Shown: positions 1-10,282, counted from the first letter of the stretch. The stretch is 64,000 bases of DNA from Patescibacteria group bacterium (GCA_041649715.1 JBAZMP010000001.1:436638-500637); one strand, 5' to 3'. The notes: a model not told the origin generated them from the sequence alone. Numbers and translations are program-made.

Positions 1-1605
1 ACTGCCGTAATGAGGATCAGGAGGATTAGCGTCGGGATCAACTGGATTACATTCGTTTGCCACATAGTCAAACCCGGCTGAACCGCAAATTTTTACATTA
101 TTTTGCACCGTAATCTTGCCGTAAGTAGAGGGGAAATTTATCGAATCAGCCATTAATAAACCGCTTGAGGGACCGTAAGCGCTGTCCAGCACTAATATAC
201 AGTTTTCCGGCAGGGTAATGTTGCCGGTTACCCAAAGCGTCCCGGTTAAAGTGACAGTTATATTGTTGCTCGGCGTAAAATCACAGTCTAATATTCCCGG
301 ACCTAGACTAATATCCGCGTTGGGCGCACAGTGGGCGGCATCCGAATAAGTGGTGCCGGCGGTCGCGTCTTGGCGCCAGTCAAGAATATTACCGTCGGAC
401 ACAGGCAGGGCTTCGAAAGGCGGATCTTCGCTATCCGGGTAAGCGGTGCCGTTCGTTAGGGGGTCGCAGGGAGGATTTAATGGGTTATTTAGGAAATTAA
501 GGGAGGCGTTGTCTATGCTTTGATAATAAGCATCGCCACAGATTTGAGTGTTAGTAATCGTGTTGGCGTGAGCGTGATTCTTGACTATTACATCACTTAG
601 GGTAGTAGGCAGACCGCCCATCCAGATTTTAAAATTAAAATCACCGTCCGCTTCATTCCAAATCGGATTTGTTTCATTGCAGTCGGTGGTATACAGAGAA
701 ACGCCGTTTCCATTGCCCTCCTCGGTATCATTGCCAATAGAAAAGTATTTGCTTGGGCTGTCCGTGGAGTCGATAATCGCCCAATACCAGGTGTTGGCCG
801 TAAGATCCGCCGGTGAAGGAAAAGAATAATTGACCCAAGCGTAATTCTCGCCGATCCTGTCGGCGTAAAGGGTGGTGGAGGCTAATTCCGTTTTTGTGGG
901 AGTGCCCGAGCCATTATCGGTGACAATTTTAATGGTTTGATTTGAGGGATTACCGATCTTTTTGATATAAAAGGATATTTGGGAAAGTTTGCCCGTTTTA
1001 GTTGGCCTGAAACTTTGGGCGACATCAATTATATCGGTGCCGCTTTTAGCAAAAATTCGATCACTTTTATAAACCGACCAGGTATGGTCGAGTGTCATCC
1101 CGGTGGCAACATAGGCGTCGCCAGTTATTTTAGCGCCGGAACTGCCGACAATGCTGCCGTCGGAATATATGCTTCCATTGACCATTGAATTATTATTCAT
1201 AAGCATGCCGCCTACTCCCACTTGGACACCATAACGGAAAGAGATGCTATCGGTATTTAATTCCACTTGCGTCCTCACTATTTTGGTCGTTGTTGGATTG
1301 GTCGCGTTAGGGTAATAGCCGATTGACTCCACTTGCTTAAGATTGTTACTGCCGGAAATTGTGGTCACAAAATCGCCTTTTTCCAAAGTTACCGTTTCCG
1401 TACCATTAGCTGGATTGATGTTCAATCTCTGCAGGGCGGAGTCCAGGCCCGCTTCCGCAAGATCAAAAGCTATTTTCTGCTGGTACCTTTTTTGGATGGC
1501 GTAATTGTTGCCCAGGATTAAGCTGACGAGTACCGCCACCAGTAAAACGATGACACTTAAAAAAAGGGCGGCGATGACTAAGATTTGTCCTCTTGGCTTT
1601 TTCAC
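1..1605 (-). CDS. PilX-like minor pilin / pilus assembly protein with extracellular beta domains (3' end runs off the window)
   Basis: Not in the ORF track; read by hand from GTG at 1605: MKKPRGQILVIAALFLSVIVLLVAVLVSLILGNN...AFDLAEAGLDSALQRLN, which is a PilX-type leader, TM helix and AEAG motif. An internal segment reads VAQSFRPTKTG...TWYWAIID. It follows two other prepilin genes. Confidence 0.8.
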   Translation of the reverse strand, partial: MKKPRGQILVIAALFLSVIVLLVAVLVSLILGNNYAIQKRYQQKIAFDLAEAGLDSALQRLNINPANGTETVTLEKGDFVTTISGSNNLKQVESIGYYPNATNPTTTKIVRTQVELNTDSISFRYGVQVGVGGMLMNNNSMVNGSIYSDGSIVGSSGAKITGDAYVATGMTLDHTWSVYKSDRIFAKSGTDIIDVAQSFRPTKTGKLSQISFYIKKIGNPSNQTIKIVTDNGSGTPTKTELASTTLYADRIGENYAWVNYSFPSPADLTANTWYWAIIDSTDSPSKYFSIGNDTEEGNGNGVSLYTTDCNETNPIWNEADGDFNFKIWMGGLPTTLSDVIVKNHAHANTITNTQICGDAYYQSIDNASLNFLNNPLNPPCDPLTNGTAYPDSEDPPFEALPVSDGNILDWRQDATAGTTYSDAAHCAPNADISLGPGILDCDFTPSNNITVTLTGTLWVTGNITLPENCILVLDSAYGPSSGLLMADSINFPSTYGKITVQNNVKICGSAGFDYVANECNPVDPDANPPDPHYGS

Positions 1606-1606
1606 G

Positions 1607-2179
1607 TCATTTATTCCTTAAATAGGCGCTGGATTGGGAAATGATCTCTTTTTCCAGGCCTTTATATTTCTTTGTCATAATTTCCGTCACGTAAACTACG
1701 CTGGCTTGCGTGGGATTGACTTTATTATAGCGAAAAATTATTTTTTTCACAAAATTAGCGACGACTCTTGTTCCATCCGCCCGGCCCGTGCTGGCCGGGT
1801 CGGCATCGATAAGCAATTTTAGCGTTGTTCCATCCAGGTAAAAGATAAAATAATCGTACTTATCCGCCACTGTATTATTATTGACATCAACGGAGTTTAC
1901 TTTTAAAACCAGCTTTGACGGCCCGGATGACTGGGTCGGTGTAACCTCCGGATAATTTGTGACATTTAGGGCCAGATTGGTTTGTTTTGTTATTTCACGC
2001 ATCGCCGTGGCGCCCTCCTGTTGCAAATCTAGATACACTTGTTGTTCACCGACCACGTTGTAAGCGGTAATAATGATGGCATAGGTTGCCGTAGATAAAA
2101 TAGCAAGAATACCAATCGTAATGAGGGTTTCCGTCAGCGTCACTCCCGTTGTTGTTTTTTTACTTGAGATGAAGGCCAT
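1607..2179 (-). CDS. Prepilin-type (PilW/PulJ-like) minor pilin
   Basis: Class III signal G|VTLTETLITIGILAILS with E5 followed by a hydrophobic helix. Confidence 0.8.
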   Translation of the reverse strand: MAFISSKKTTTGVTLTETLITIGILAILSTATYAIIITAYNVVGEQQVYLDLQQEGATAMREITKQTNLALNVTNYPEVTPTQSSGPSKLVLKVNSVDVNNNTVADKYDYFIFYLDGTTLKLLIDADPASTGRADGTRVVANFVKKIIFRYNKVNPTQASVVYVTEIMTKKYKGLEKEIISQSSAYLRNK

Positions 2180-3128
2180 ATTTGCTGATCAAGGTTTGTA
2201 AGCTAACTTCGCGATTACGGTTACCTTCTCGCCATAGGACTTTGGCGGTTATTTTTTTGATATCCGCTGAGCTGTTGTGATCCTGGATAGTAAGCGTTGT
2301 CTGGCCGGCGGGCAGATCATTGATACCTAATCTTTCCCAGCCGTCAGCCACCTGGTCATGCGGACCCGAAACGAAATCACCGTTGGTCACGAGAGTTCCG
2401 TCGATTTTTATGTCGTCAAAATAAGCATGCACCGAATTTAAGCCGAGCAGGGCCGCTTTGCCGGAACTCAGACTGGCGTCGGTAATAGAGGCAAGCTCGA
2501 CTGAATTGCGGTAAATTTTTATGTTGCCGGCGCTTATTTGTGCTTTATAGGTATACCAAATATCAAAGGCCGTGGCTGGCGCGGCGCTATAGAGGGTTAA
2601 TTCTACACCCGCCACTTTTTTGATAAGACTTAAATTATTCGGAGAAAAACTCAGCTGGTAATAATTATTCTTATCCTGATAATAGAAATAAAGACCAGCT
2701 CGCCAGCCAGTCGGTGAACCAGATGATAATATTTTGATATCGCCTTCCAGAATAATATTTTGCAGATCTCCCAGGGGTAAAAGCTGCAAGCCGGTAACTC
2801 CGGAGAGACTACCCGGTGATTTCAGTTCATAAACATGTCTGGTGTCATCGAGAACGACTTGCCAGTCGCCAACGTTATAGGCGACATTCATAAAGTTGTT
2901 GTCCGCCGGTTGGACCAGCTTATCAAAAGTCAAGCTTCTTAGAGCTTCGATCTCTTCCTGGGCCAGTTCGTATGCGTGTATCAAATTTTTATTGGAAGAA
3001 GAAAGGTCTATATAACGGGAAATACTGGCAAATACATAAATCAGAAGAGAAACGACAAAGATACTCATGATCGCTTCTATTAAGCTTACCCCCGAAGTTT
3101 TTTTAGGGAATTTAGAGAATAGGTTCAT
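2160..3128 (-). CDS. Prepilin-type (PilV-like) minor pilin with an inserted concanavalin/LamG-like beta-sandwich
   Basis: G|VSLIEAIMSIFVV, AQEEIEALRS, central GLYFYYQDKNNYY...WYTYK...AYFDDIKI segment, C-terminal KKITAKVLW. Confidence 0.75.
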   Translation of the reverse strand: MNLFSKFPKKTSGVSLIEAIMSIFVVSLLIYVFASISRYIDLSSSNKNLIHAYELAQEEIEALRSLTFDKLVQPADNNFMNVAYNVGDWQVVLDDTRHVYELKSPGSLSGVTGLQLLPLGDLQNIILEGDIKILSSGSPTGWRAGLYFYYQDKNNYYQLSFSPNNLSLIKKVAGVELTLYSAAPATAFDIWYTYKAQISAGNIKIYRNSVELASITDASLSSGKAALLGLNSVHAYFDDIKIDGTLVTNGDFVSGPHDQVADGWERLGINDLPAGQTTLTIQDHNSSADIKKITAKVLWREGNRNREVSLQTLISKYGLHLK

Positions 3129-3133
3129 TGATT

Positions 3134-4351
3134 TTATATCGCTTCCGAAAGGGAGTAAATGGGTAAAATAATGGCGGCGACGAGTAAGGCGGTGGCGGCG
3201 CCCAAAACAAGCATGATAACCGGCTCGATAATGGTCGAAAGATTGCTCATCGTCTGATCCACTTCTTCTTCGTAAAAACTGGCTAGTTCTTCTGAGATGG
3301 TATCCAAAGTGCCGCTTTCTTCACCCACGGCGATCATTTGTATGATGACCGGGGTAAAAAGGGTGGGGTAAACTTCAAGGCATTTTTGGACCGTGGCTCC
3401 GGTTTTCAATTTTTCCCCCGCTTCCTTCATGGCGTTTTGGTAATGGACATTGCCTAAGGTTTTACCGATAATTTCGAATGTTTTCACGATGGGAATATCC
3501 GTGGCTAAAAGGGAGTTCAGACTGCGGCTGAAACGGGCAAGATTGACTTTTTTAACGATTGGGCCGAAGATCGGTAATTTCAAAATTATTTTATGGTATG
3601 TGTATCTTCCTTTTTTTGTTCTTAAAAGACGACGTATCCCAAAAAACAAGAGGATCAAGCCCATGAAAGCCCAAAGGCCCTGATTGATCATAAAATCGCT
3701 GAGAGACATCAATACGCGGGTTATCAAAGGAAGTTGGGCGCCGGCCTCGGAAAAGACGCTGGCCAGTTGTGGGATGACGTAAACCATCATGGCAATGCCG
3801 ATGCCAACCATCGCGATTACTATGATAATAGGATAGGTCATCGCGCCTTTTATTTTCGCGATCAGCGCGTGATCTTTGCGCATTTGGACGGCCAGCCTTT
3901 TTAAGACCTCATCTAATTTTCCCGAGGCTTCTCCGGCCGCGATCATATTGATGAACAATTCAGAAAAATATTTTTTATGCTTTTCCAGGGCTCGGGAAAG
4001 AGTGACGCCGCTTTCCACTTCATTTTTTAAATCCAGAATGATTGATTTAAGTTTTTTTGAGCTTGTCTGTTCCGCGAGCACGCCTAAAGCTCGGCCGATA
4101 GAAAAACCAGTCCGCATCATGACTTCGAGATTGTTAACAAAAAATATTTTTTGGGTCGAGGGTATGGACCGTAAACGTTCAAGCAGCGAAGTTATATTAA
4201 ACGAAGATTTTTTCTTCACGATTTCAAAGCTAGTAAGGATTAGATTTTGTTCTCTGAGTTTTTGGGTCAGCTCCTCTTCGTTACGAGCCGACATATTGCC
4301 TTTGGTAACGCCTCCTTTTTGATTGCGAGTGGTGTAATAATAATTGGCCAT
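3134..4351 (-). CDS. pilC: Type IV pilus platform protein PilC (GspF family)
   Basis: Two GspF repeats (MIAAGEASGKLDEVL; MIAVGEESGTLD), AMTYP, EP motif, 405 aa. Confidence 0.95.
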   Translation of the reverse strand: MANYYYTTRNQKGGVTKGNMSARNEEELTQKLREQNLILTSFEIVKKKSSFNITSLLERLRSIPSTQKIFFVNNLEVMMRTGFSIGRALGVLAEQTSSKKLKSIILDLKNEVESGVTLSRALEKHKKYFSELFINMIAAGEASGKLDEVLKRLAVQMRKDHALIAKIKGAMTYPIIIVIAMVGIGIAMMVYVIPQLASVFSEAGAQLPLITRVLMSLSDFMINQGLWAFMGLILLFFGIRRLLRTKKGRYTYHKIILKLPIFGPIVKKVNLARFSRSLNSLLATDIPIVKTFEIIGKTLGNVHYQNAMKEAGEKLKTGATVQKCLEVYPTLFTPVIIQMIAVGEESGTLDTISEELASFYEEEVDQTMSNLSTIIEPVIMLVLGAATALLVAAIILPIYSLSEAI

Positions 4352-4354
4352 AAA

Positions 4355-6082
4355 TTATTCTTGAGTTACTCTTAAAATTTCTTCGATGGTTGTGATGCCC
4401 ATTTTGGCTTTGACAAAGCCATCCTGGGTAATCGTGATCATCCCATCCTTTTCCGCGGCTTTTTGGATTTCTCCGGATGAGGAACCCTCCAAAATTAATT
4501 TGGTTACGTTTTCCGTATTTTCAAGAATTTCATAAATGCCGATTCGGCCCTTATATCCCTCCCCGTTGCATTTTTTGCAGCCTTTACCCCGGTAAAATAA
4601 AAGGGTGTCAAGGGGTTGATTGGCGGAAATAATTGCCCCCTCTCTTTCTAGGGCGTTTAGGATCTCCTTGAAATTCACTTGTTTTTCCAACTGCTCAATA
4701 TTTTTTTTCGTTAAAGCATAACTTTCAATGCAGCCGAGGCAAATTTTCCGGACTAATCTTTGGGCGATAATAATGTTAGTCGTGGATGCGATCAAAAAGG
4801 AGGGGACGCCCATCTCTTCCAAGCGGGGGAGGGCGGTGGCGGCATCATTGGTATGCAAGGTAGATAAAACCAGATGGCCGGTCATGGCGGAGTGAATGGC
4901 TATTTCCGCTGTTTCTTTATCGCGGATTTCACCCACCATTATGATATTTGGATCCTGACGGAGGAGGGATCTTAAGCCGGTGGCAAAAGTAAAGCCGATA
5001 CGCGGATTGACCTGGCTTTGATTGATGCGCGGCATACGGTATTCGATCGGATCTTCAATCGTGGAAATATTAATCTTGGGAGAATTAAGGATGTGCATGA
5101 TGCTGTAAAGAGTCGTCGTTTTTCCGGAACCGGTGGGGCCGGTGACCAAGACGACGCCATGAGGTTTCTTCATGTTTTTTTTGACGATTTCAAGCTGTTT
5201 TTTCAAAAAACCAAGCTGTTCCAGAGTGGAAACCTGGGCGGATTCGCGGAGTAAGCGCAAAACGACCTTCTCTCCGTCGAAAACGGGGATAATCGAGACG
5301 CGGAATGAAACTTTTTGCGTTTCAATATTTATCTTAAAACGCCCATCCTGGGGAAGGCGATGCTCGTCTATTTTTAAATTTGAAAGGATTTTTATTCTCG
5401 CGACAACTCCGGTCTGGACGTTTTTGGGCAAAGTCATGACATCCTTTAAAATACCGTCAATTCGGTAGCGGATGACGGTGTCTGTCTCCGTCGGCTCAAT
5501 GTGAATGTCTGAAGCGGCTTCAAAGATGGCGTATTCTAAGACAGTATCCACGATTCTAACTACCGGTAGATCTTCCGCCAGCTTTTTCAGGTCTTTTTCC
5601 GCCGAAACCGTTTCTTCGTTAGCTTGGGAAATTTCTTTAAATTCCGCCTTGAGGCCCTTATGGTACTGTTTTAGGGCGGATTTTACGCTTTCGGGCGTGG
5701 TAACATAAATAATGGGCTTTAGATTGGTTTTCTTTTCGATGAACTCGAAAGTTTGCAAATCAAAAGGGTCAAGGCAGGCGACCTTCATTTCCTCTTTTGT
5801 TTTGTCAAAAGCAAAAATGCCATGAACCTGGACAATGGGTTCTGGTATGAGATCTAAGATATCCTTGCGGATAATCTGGTCTTTTAAATCAATAAAGGGG
5901 TATTTAAGATGACGCGCAATTATTTCGTAGAGTTGGGGTTCAGAGGCGAGATTCTTGTCAATCAGATAGTTTTGGAGATTTTTGCCTTCTTCGTGGGATT
6001 TTTTTATCACTTCCTCTATATTTGCATCGTCAATGATTTTTTCCTTTATCAGTAGACTTTTTAATTCCTCCTCCTTTATCAT
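4355..6082 (-). CDS. pilB: Type IV pilus assembly ATPase PilB (GspE/PulE family)
   Basis: ASDIHIEP, RLPQDGR, Walker A GPTGSGKTTT, LRQDPNIIMVGEIRD, LSTLHTNDA, tetracysteine motif. Confidence 0.95.
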   Translation of the reverse strand: MIKEEELKSLLIKEKIIDDANIEEVIKKSHEEGKNLQNYLIDKNLASEPQLYEIIARHLKYPFIDLKDQIIRKDILDLIPEPIVQVHGIFAFDKTKEEMKVACLDPFDLQTFEFIEKKTNLKPIIYVTTPESVKSALKQYHKGLKAEFKEISQANEETVSAEKDLKKLAEDLPVVRIVDTVLEYAIFEAASDIHIEPTETDTVIRYRIDGILKDVMTLPKNVQTGVVARIKILSNLKIDEHRLPQDGRFKINIETQKVSFRVSIIPVFDGEKVVLRLLRESAQVSTLEQLGFLKKQLEIVKKNMKKPHGVVLVTGPTGSGKTTTLYSIMHILNSPKINISTIEDPIEYRMPRINQSQVNPRIGFTFATGLRSLLRQDPNIIMVGEIRDKETAEIAIHSAMTGHLVLSTLHTNDAATALPRLEEMGVPSFLIASTTNIIIAQRLVRKICLGCIESYALTKKNIEQLEKQVNFKEILNALEREGAIISANQPLDTLLFYRGKGCKKCNGEGYKGRIGIYEILENTENVTKLILEGSSSGEIQKAAEKDGMITITQDGFVKAKMGITTIEEILRVTQE

Positions 6083-6152
6083 TTTTGTTTTTGATTATAT
6101 GCCAATATTATTTCTATATTATATCATATATCGCGTCTTTAGTCAATTTGAC

Positions 6153-7922
6153 TTAGAACTTGTATATATAGATTGAATGGCCGATTATCTTGATTGGATG
6201 ATAATTTTGCATCCAGGTGTAATTCCTGGTCGGATCAAAAAGTACCGTGGCGCTGATTACATAATAACCTTTTTGAGGGGCGGACTTTTCTACTGCTTGG
6301 TTATCAGGCATAGTTATCTCGCCTTTAATGTAATAATTGGCTTCCAGACTGCCAAAAAGCAAAGAATGGAACTCCTTGATCTTATTTTCTTCAAGATAGA
6401 TTTTTAGGCGTTTAATATCCTGCCCCCAGTCCAAATTAGAATCAGAAAGATATTTGTAACCCTGATTGCTGCCGCCGATTAAGCCATTGAAGTAAGCAAG
6501 ATAAGAAGGGAAACTCAGGATATTGCCAATTAAATAAAAGAGCAGCAGGGCATAAAGGGTGTAACGGCCTAGATATTTAAGCCGTGGAGACCAGGCGGTT
6601 AACTTAATAAACGAGGCGGCCACAATGAATACAAGGGGATAAATCGGGAAAATATGACGAACGCCAAGATTTAAATGACTGGTCAGGCTCCAGGCAAAAT
6701 AGATGAAAGGGGGTAAGGCGATTAAATAGTAATCAAAAGGAATGGACTTAAGGCGGGTCCCCAGGGATTGGAAGGTTTTTATATTTTTAATTATCCGATA
6801 AATGACATAAATAATGCTTGAAAAAAATAGGATAATGGTCACCGTCGGCGTTTTTACCAAAAAGGCAATGATAAAATAATACCACCAGCCGAAATTCCGA
6901 GCCTCGCCCAAAAGATAGGCTCCATGCCCATTGGCATTATGGCTTAAAACGCTGAATAAACCCTGCCAGTAGGTATAGGCGGGTACCGGGACGACGTTAG
7001 CAAAGCGGTAGAGGAATTTTCCAATCGGTTTTTCAGGATCACCAATACCTAGCAGAAAATGGTTAAGAGGCAACTGATTATTTTCTTGATCGTTTGCGAT
7101 TATTTCAGTTCTTTGCTGATAAAGTTTTTGGACCCGAGGGTCATCAATCGGTTTCTTAAACTCAAAACGATAAAACACAAATATAAGAACAGAGGTTACG
7201 CCGAAAAATACAAGAAATACTTTGATGAACTTTTTAAAGCCTTGTCTTGAATTTTGGCGGCCGATAAGCCAGTTGACGAAATAAAGAGATACCAAAATAG
7301 GGATTAAAATGAATGCCGAATATTTTGTAAGCATGGCGAAAGAGAACATGACGGCCGCCGTGATCAACCTCAGACGAGAAGGGTTTTTTAAATATTGTCC
7401 GAAATAGTATATACTTAATAAGAAAAATAGTGTTAAAGGGACATCGGTGGTGACCAAATGGCTGTGGCCCAAGAAGTTGGGGCTTAGGGCATACAAAAAA
7501 AGAGCCAATAACCCCCCTTTTGTCCCCCAAAGCTCTTTCGCCCATTTATAGATAAAATAGCCCAAGATCAGGCCAAGGATAATCGGAAAAATACGCGCCG
7601 TGAATATGATTATGTCGGCGTTAATATTATTATGGTAGATGAAGGCACGCCCGAAAGACCATTCGTTGTTTTCCGCAAGGGAGGGATAGTCGATTGAAAG
7701 CTGGGGCCGAAAAAAAAGAAGAGGGAGGGCGGCAAAAAGCTTGACCAGGGGGGGGTGCTCTGGGTTTAGTAGATAATTTCCGGTCAGCCAGTAGCTGTAA
7801 CCGGCCGAGATATGAGGCCCTTCATCAATGGTTTGCGAATCGGTGGCCGCTAAATATAGATTCAGGCCGGCGAATATGGCCAGAAGCAAGAAAAGAATAA
7901 TTTTTTCAAAATTTTTCGGCAT
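6153..7922 (-). CDS. GT-C fold membrane glycosyltransferase (ArnT/PMT-like)
   Basis: TIDE motif after the first TM, EHPPLVK, many TM helices, DSNLDWGQD. Confidence 0.85.
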   Translation of the reverse strand: MPKNFEKIILFLLLAIFAGLNLYLAATDSQTIDEGPHISAGYSYWLTGNYLLNPEHPPLVKLFAALPLLFFRPQLSIDYPSLAENNEWSFGRAFIYHNNINADIIIFTARIFPIILGLILGYFIYKWAKELWGTKGGLLALFLYALSPNFLGHSHLVTTDVPLTLFFLLSIYYFGQYLKNPSRLRLITAAVMFSFAMLTKYSAFILIPILVSLYFVNWLIGRQNSRQGFKKFIKVFLVFFGVTSVLIFVFYRFEFKKPIDDPRVQKLYQQRTEIIANDQENNQLPLNHFLLGIGDPEKPIGKFLYRFANVVPVPAYTYWQGLFSVLSHNANGHGAYLLGEARNFGWWYYFIIAFLVKTPTVTIILFFSSIIYVIYRIIKNIKTFQSLGTRLKSIPFDYYLIALPPFIYFAWSLTSHLNLGVRHIFPIYPLVFIVAASFIKLTAWSPRLKYLGRYTLYALLLFYLIGNILSFPSYLAYFNGLIGGSNQGYKYLSDSNLDWGQDIKRLKIYLEENKIKEFHSLLFGSLEANYYIKGEITMPDNQAVEKSAPQKGYYVISATVLFDPTRNYTWMQNYHPIKIIGHSIYIYKF

Positions 7923-8295
7923 GACGACTCACGAAAATATTAAAAAAATAAATTTAAAGGTATTTTACCAGAATAAGCTTTTTTTGATCAATTTATTGTT
8001 CAGTGTTTTGATAAATCTTGCAACCTGGCTTTTGCTTTCTTTAGAATTTAAAGCGCAAAGTGATCCCGTTATTCTTCATTATAACATTTATTTCGGCATC
8101 GACCTAATCGGTCCCTGGTATAGAGTTTATCTCATGCCACTTTTTGGTTTTATTTGCTTCTTTATTAATTTTTTTCTTTCGGTTATAATTTATGCGAAAG
8201 AGAAGCTCTTAAGCTATTTCCTGGTCTTTATCTCTAGCTTAATGCAAATAATCCTGATTATCGCCACCATTTTCATAATTTTTCAAAATTTATAA
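7921..8295 (+). CDS. Small membrane protein (conserved CPR-type hypothetical)
   Basis: Three TM segments and an LHYNIYFGIDLIG motif. ATG at 7921 is preferred over the 7828 start, which lies deep inside the opposite-strand gene. Confidence 0.7.
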   Translation: MTTHENIKKINLKVFYQNKLFLINLLFSVLINLATWLLLSLEFKAQSDPVILHYNIYFGIDLIGPWYRVYLMPLFGFICFFINFFLSVIIYAKEKLLSYFLVFISSLMQIILIIATIFIIFQNL

Positions 8296-8297
8296 TA

Positions 8298-9341
8298 ATG
8301 CTTGACTCAAATTTTAACATCATAAAGATTTTTATCTTGACCACTGTTTCTTTCGGCGTCTCCATTATTTTGACCCCGGCGTTGACCCATTATCTTTATA
8401 AATACAAGCTCGGTAAAAAAATTCGGAGCGATGAAGGAACGCCAATTTATTCAAAGATGCATGCCGATAAATCCGGCACGCCAACCATGGGCGGTTTGTT
8501 AATCTGGCTGACCACGCTAATATTAGTCTTCTTGGTTTATTTTTTGGGTAAAATAACCCCCGTCGTATTTATTCAAAAGCTAAATTTTCTTTCCCGGCCA
8601 CAGACCTATTTGCCCCTGGCGTCGCTGGTGGCCGCCGCCTTGATAGGATTATTTGATGATATAATAGATATAAGGCGGGAAAAAGGCGGCGGTTTGCGCG
8701 TTAGACAAAGATTAGTCATTTTCACAATTATTGCCGTGGTCGGCGCTCTTTGGTTTTATTTTAAATTAGATTGGACGACTATTCATGTTCCCTTTATCGG
8801 TAATTTCGACATCGGGGCCTGGTATATCCCTATTTTTATCTTTATTATCGTCGCCACCTCTTTTTCCGTGAACGAAGCGGACGGTCTGGACGGTCTGGCG
8901 GGCGGAATATTGCTCGCCTCTTTTGTCGCTTTTGGCGCGATTGCTTTAGCCCAAGGCCGGGCGGAGCTCGCGACTTTTTGCGGCGTCATTGCCGGGGCAC
9001 TTTTCGCTTTTTTGTGGTTTAATATCCCGCCCGCCCGTTTTTTCATGGGCGATACCGGCTCAATGGCTCTGGGCGTGACCCTGGGGATAGTCGCCATGCT
9101 TACTAATGCCGCCTTACTTTTGCCGGTTATTTCTTTATTGTTGGTAATTGAATCGGGTTCTGTTATTATTCAGGTCCTTTCCAAAAAAATCCGTAAAAAG
9201 AAGATTTTCATTTCCGCCCCCATCCATCATCATTTGGAAGCGATCGGTTGGCCGGAATCTAAAATAGTCATGCGTTTCTGGATTATTTCCTCGGTAACCG
9301 CGGTGGTCGGCGTCGTAATATACTTAATGGACAGATTTTAA
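8298..9341 (+). CDS. mraY: Phospho-N-acetylmuramoyl-pentapeptide transferase
   Basis: KSGTPTMGG, GLFDD, NEADGLDGLA, FMGDTGS, APIHHHLE. Confidence 0.97.
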   Translation: MLDSNFNIIKIFILTTVSFGVSIILTPALTHYLYKYKLGKKIRSDEGTPIYSKMHADKSGTPTMGGLLIWLTTLILVFLVYFLGKITPVVFIQKLNFLSRPQTYLPLASLVAAALIGLFDDIIDIRREKGGGLRVRQRLVIFTIIAVVGALWFYFKLDWTTIHVPFIGNFDIGAWYIPIFIFIIVATSFSVNEADGLDGLAGGILLASFVAFGAIALAQGRAELATFCGVIAGALFAFLWFNIPPARFFMGDTGSMALGVTLGIVAMLTNAALLLPVISLLLVIESGSVIIQVLSKKIRKKKIFISAPIHHHLEAIGWPESKIVMRFWIISSVTAVVGVVIYLMDRF

Positions 9342-9361
9342 TAATATACGTAAGAAAACAT

Positions 9362-9613
9362 ATGAAAAAATTGATTATTTCTCAATTTATTCTACTGTTG
9401 GCCGGCATGATCTTTGCCTGGACGAATTTTAGCATCGAGCTGGTTGATTGGTTGAATAAAAAATCCTGTACGACGGGCTGCAGCGTGGGTTTGAAAAATC
9501 CCTTTTTAACCCCGTGTTTTTACGGGGCGATTTGTTTCGCCATCGCTTTCGCCTTGAGCGCGGTGATTTTGAGAAAGTTTCTGAAAGAAAGAAAAGAATA
9601 TCAAAAGCCATAA
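9362..9613 (+). CDS. Small two-TM protein with a Cys-rich loop
   Basis: TM - CTTGC - NPFLTPCFYGAICF TM; co-oriented with mraY and followed by a terminator. Confidence 0.65.
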   Translation: MKKLIISQFILLLAGMIFAWTNFSIELVDWLNKKSCTTGCSVGLKNPFLTPCFYGAICFAIAFALSAVILRKFLKERKEYQKP

Positions 9614-9637
9614 CGGCCGGATTATTATTTTTTAAAG

Positions 9638-9664
9638 AGCCGTTCAAAAAAGAACGGCTTTTTT
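9638..9664 (+). terminator. Intrinsic terminator
   Basis: AGCCGTTC/GAACGGCT stem plus T run. Confidence 0.8.
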
Positions 9665-9667
9665 ATC

Positions 9668-9696
9668 TTGACAAAAAGATGGTTTGGATCTAAATT
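9668..9696 (+). promoter_or_regulatory. Sigma70 promoter
   Basis: TTGACA-17-TAAATT; SD GGAGGT at 9741-9746. Confidence 0.65.
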
Positions 9697-9752
9697 ACTA
9701 GTAATAAATTAGGCGGAAATATATACTCGTTCCTTTAGACGGAGGTGGAATA

Positions 9753-10190
9753 ATGCGGAAGCTATTTGCCTTTATTTTGAGCGTTCTTTTTATTCTTACA
9801 ATGGCCATTCCTGTTTTTGCTCAGCAAGAAAAGCCCATACATGTTCGTCAGGTGATCGAAAAACGTCTGTCCGAGGACGGTTTCTATCTGGGAAATCCGG
9901 GGTTTATCGATGGCTTGAGGTATGTAGAAAAATTGCCGGATAATCAGATAGTGATTTGGGGCTTGGGCGATTTTCGATTCAATGATTACGGACAACTGAT
10001 TCTTCCGCTGGACAACCTTACCCGACAATATGTCGATTTATCGGATCCTGCTTTGAGAGTGATCGTCGGCGACCACAATAAACTCATCGGCCAGCTAGCG
10101 GATTCATGTCTTGCCACGGGTTATCCGGAAAAGTATATGAAAGATGATGCCATTTTCTGGCTGCTTCAAGGCAAGAAGAAACAGCCGTAA
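9753..10190 (+). CDS. Hypothetical exported protein
   Basis: Signal peptide ending VFA|QQ, strong SD, own promoter and terminator. Confidence 0.75.
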   Translation: MRKLFAFILSVLFILTMAIPVFAQQEKPIHVRQVIEKRLSEDGFYLGNPGFIDGLRYVEKLPDNQIVIWGLGDFRFNDYGQLILPLDNLTRQYVDLSDPALRVIVGDHNKLIGQLADSCLATGYPEKYMKDDAIFWLLQGKKKQP

Positions 10191-10214
10191 TCACGGCATG
10201 TAAGGATATATCGC

Positions 10215-10242
10215 AAGCCCTGTCGCAAGACGGGGCTTTTTT
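10215..10242 (+). terminator. Intrinsic terminator
   Basis: AAGCCCTGTC-GCAA-GACGGGGCTT plus T run. Confidence 0.85.
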
Positions 10243-10243
10243 C

Positions 10244-10272
10244 TTGAAAATAACCGCATTTTTTGTTATAAT
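10244..10272 (+). promoter_or_regulatory. Sigma70 promoter of the murD operon
   Basis: TTGAAA-17-TATAAT with a TGn extension, 10 nt before ATG 10283. Confidence 0.75.
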
Positions 10273-10282
10273 AAATTCAATT

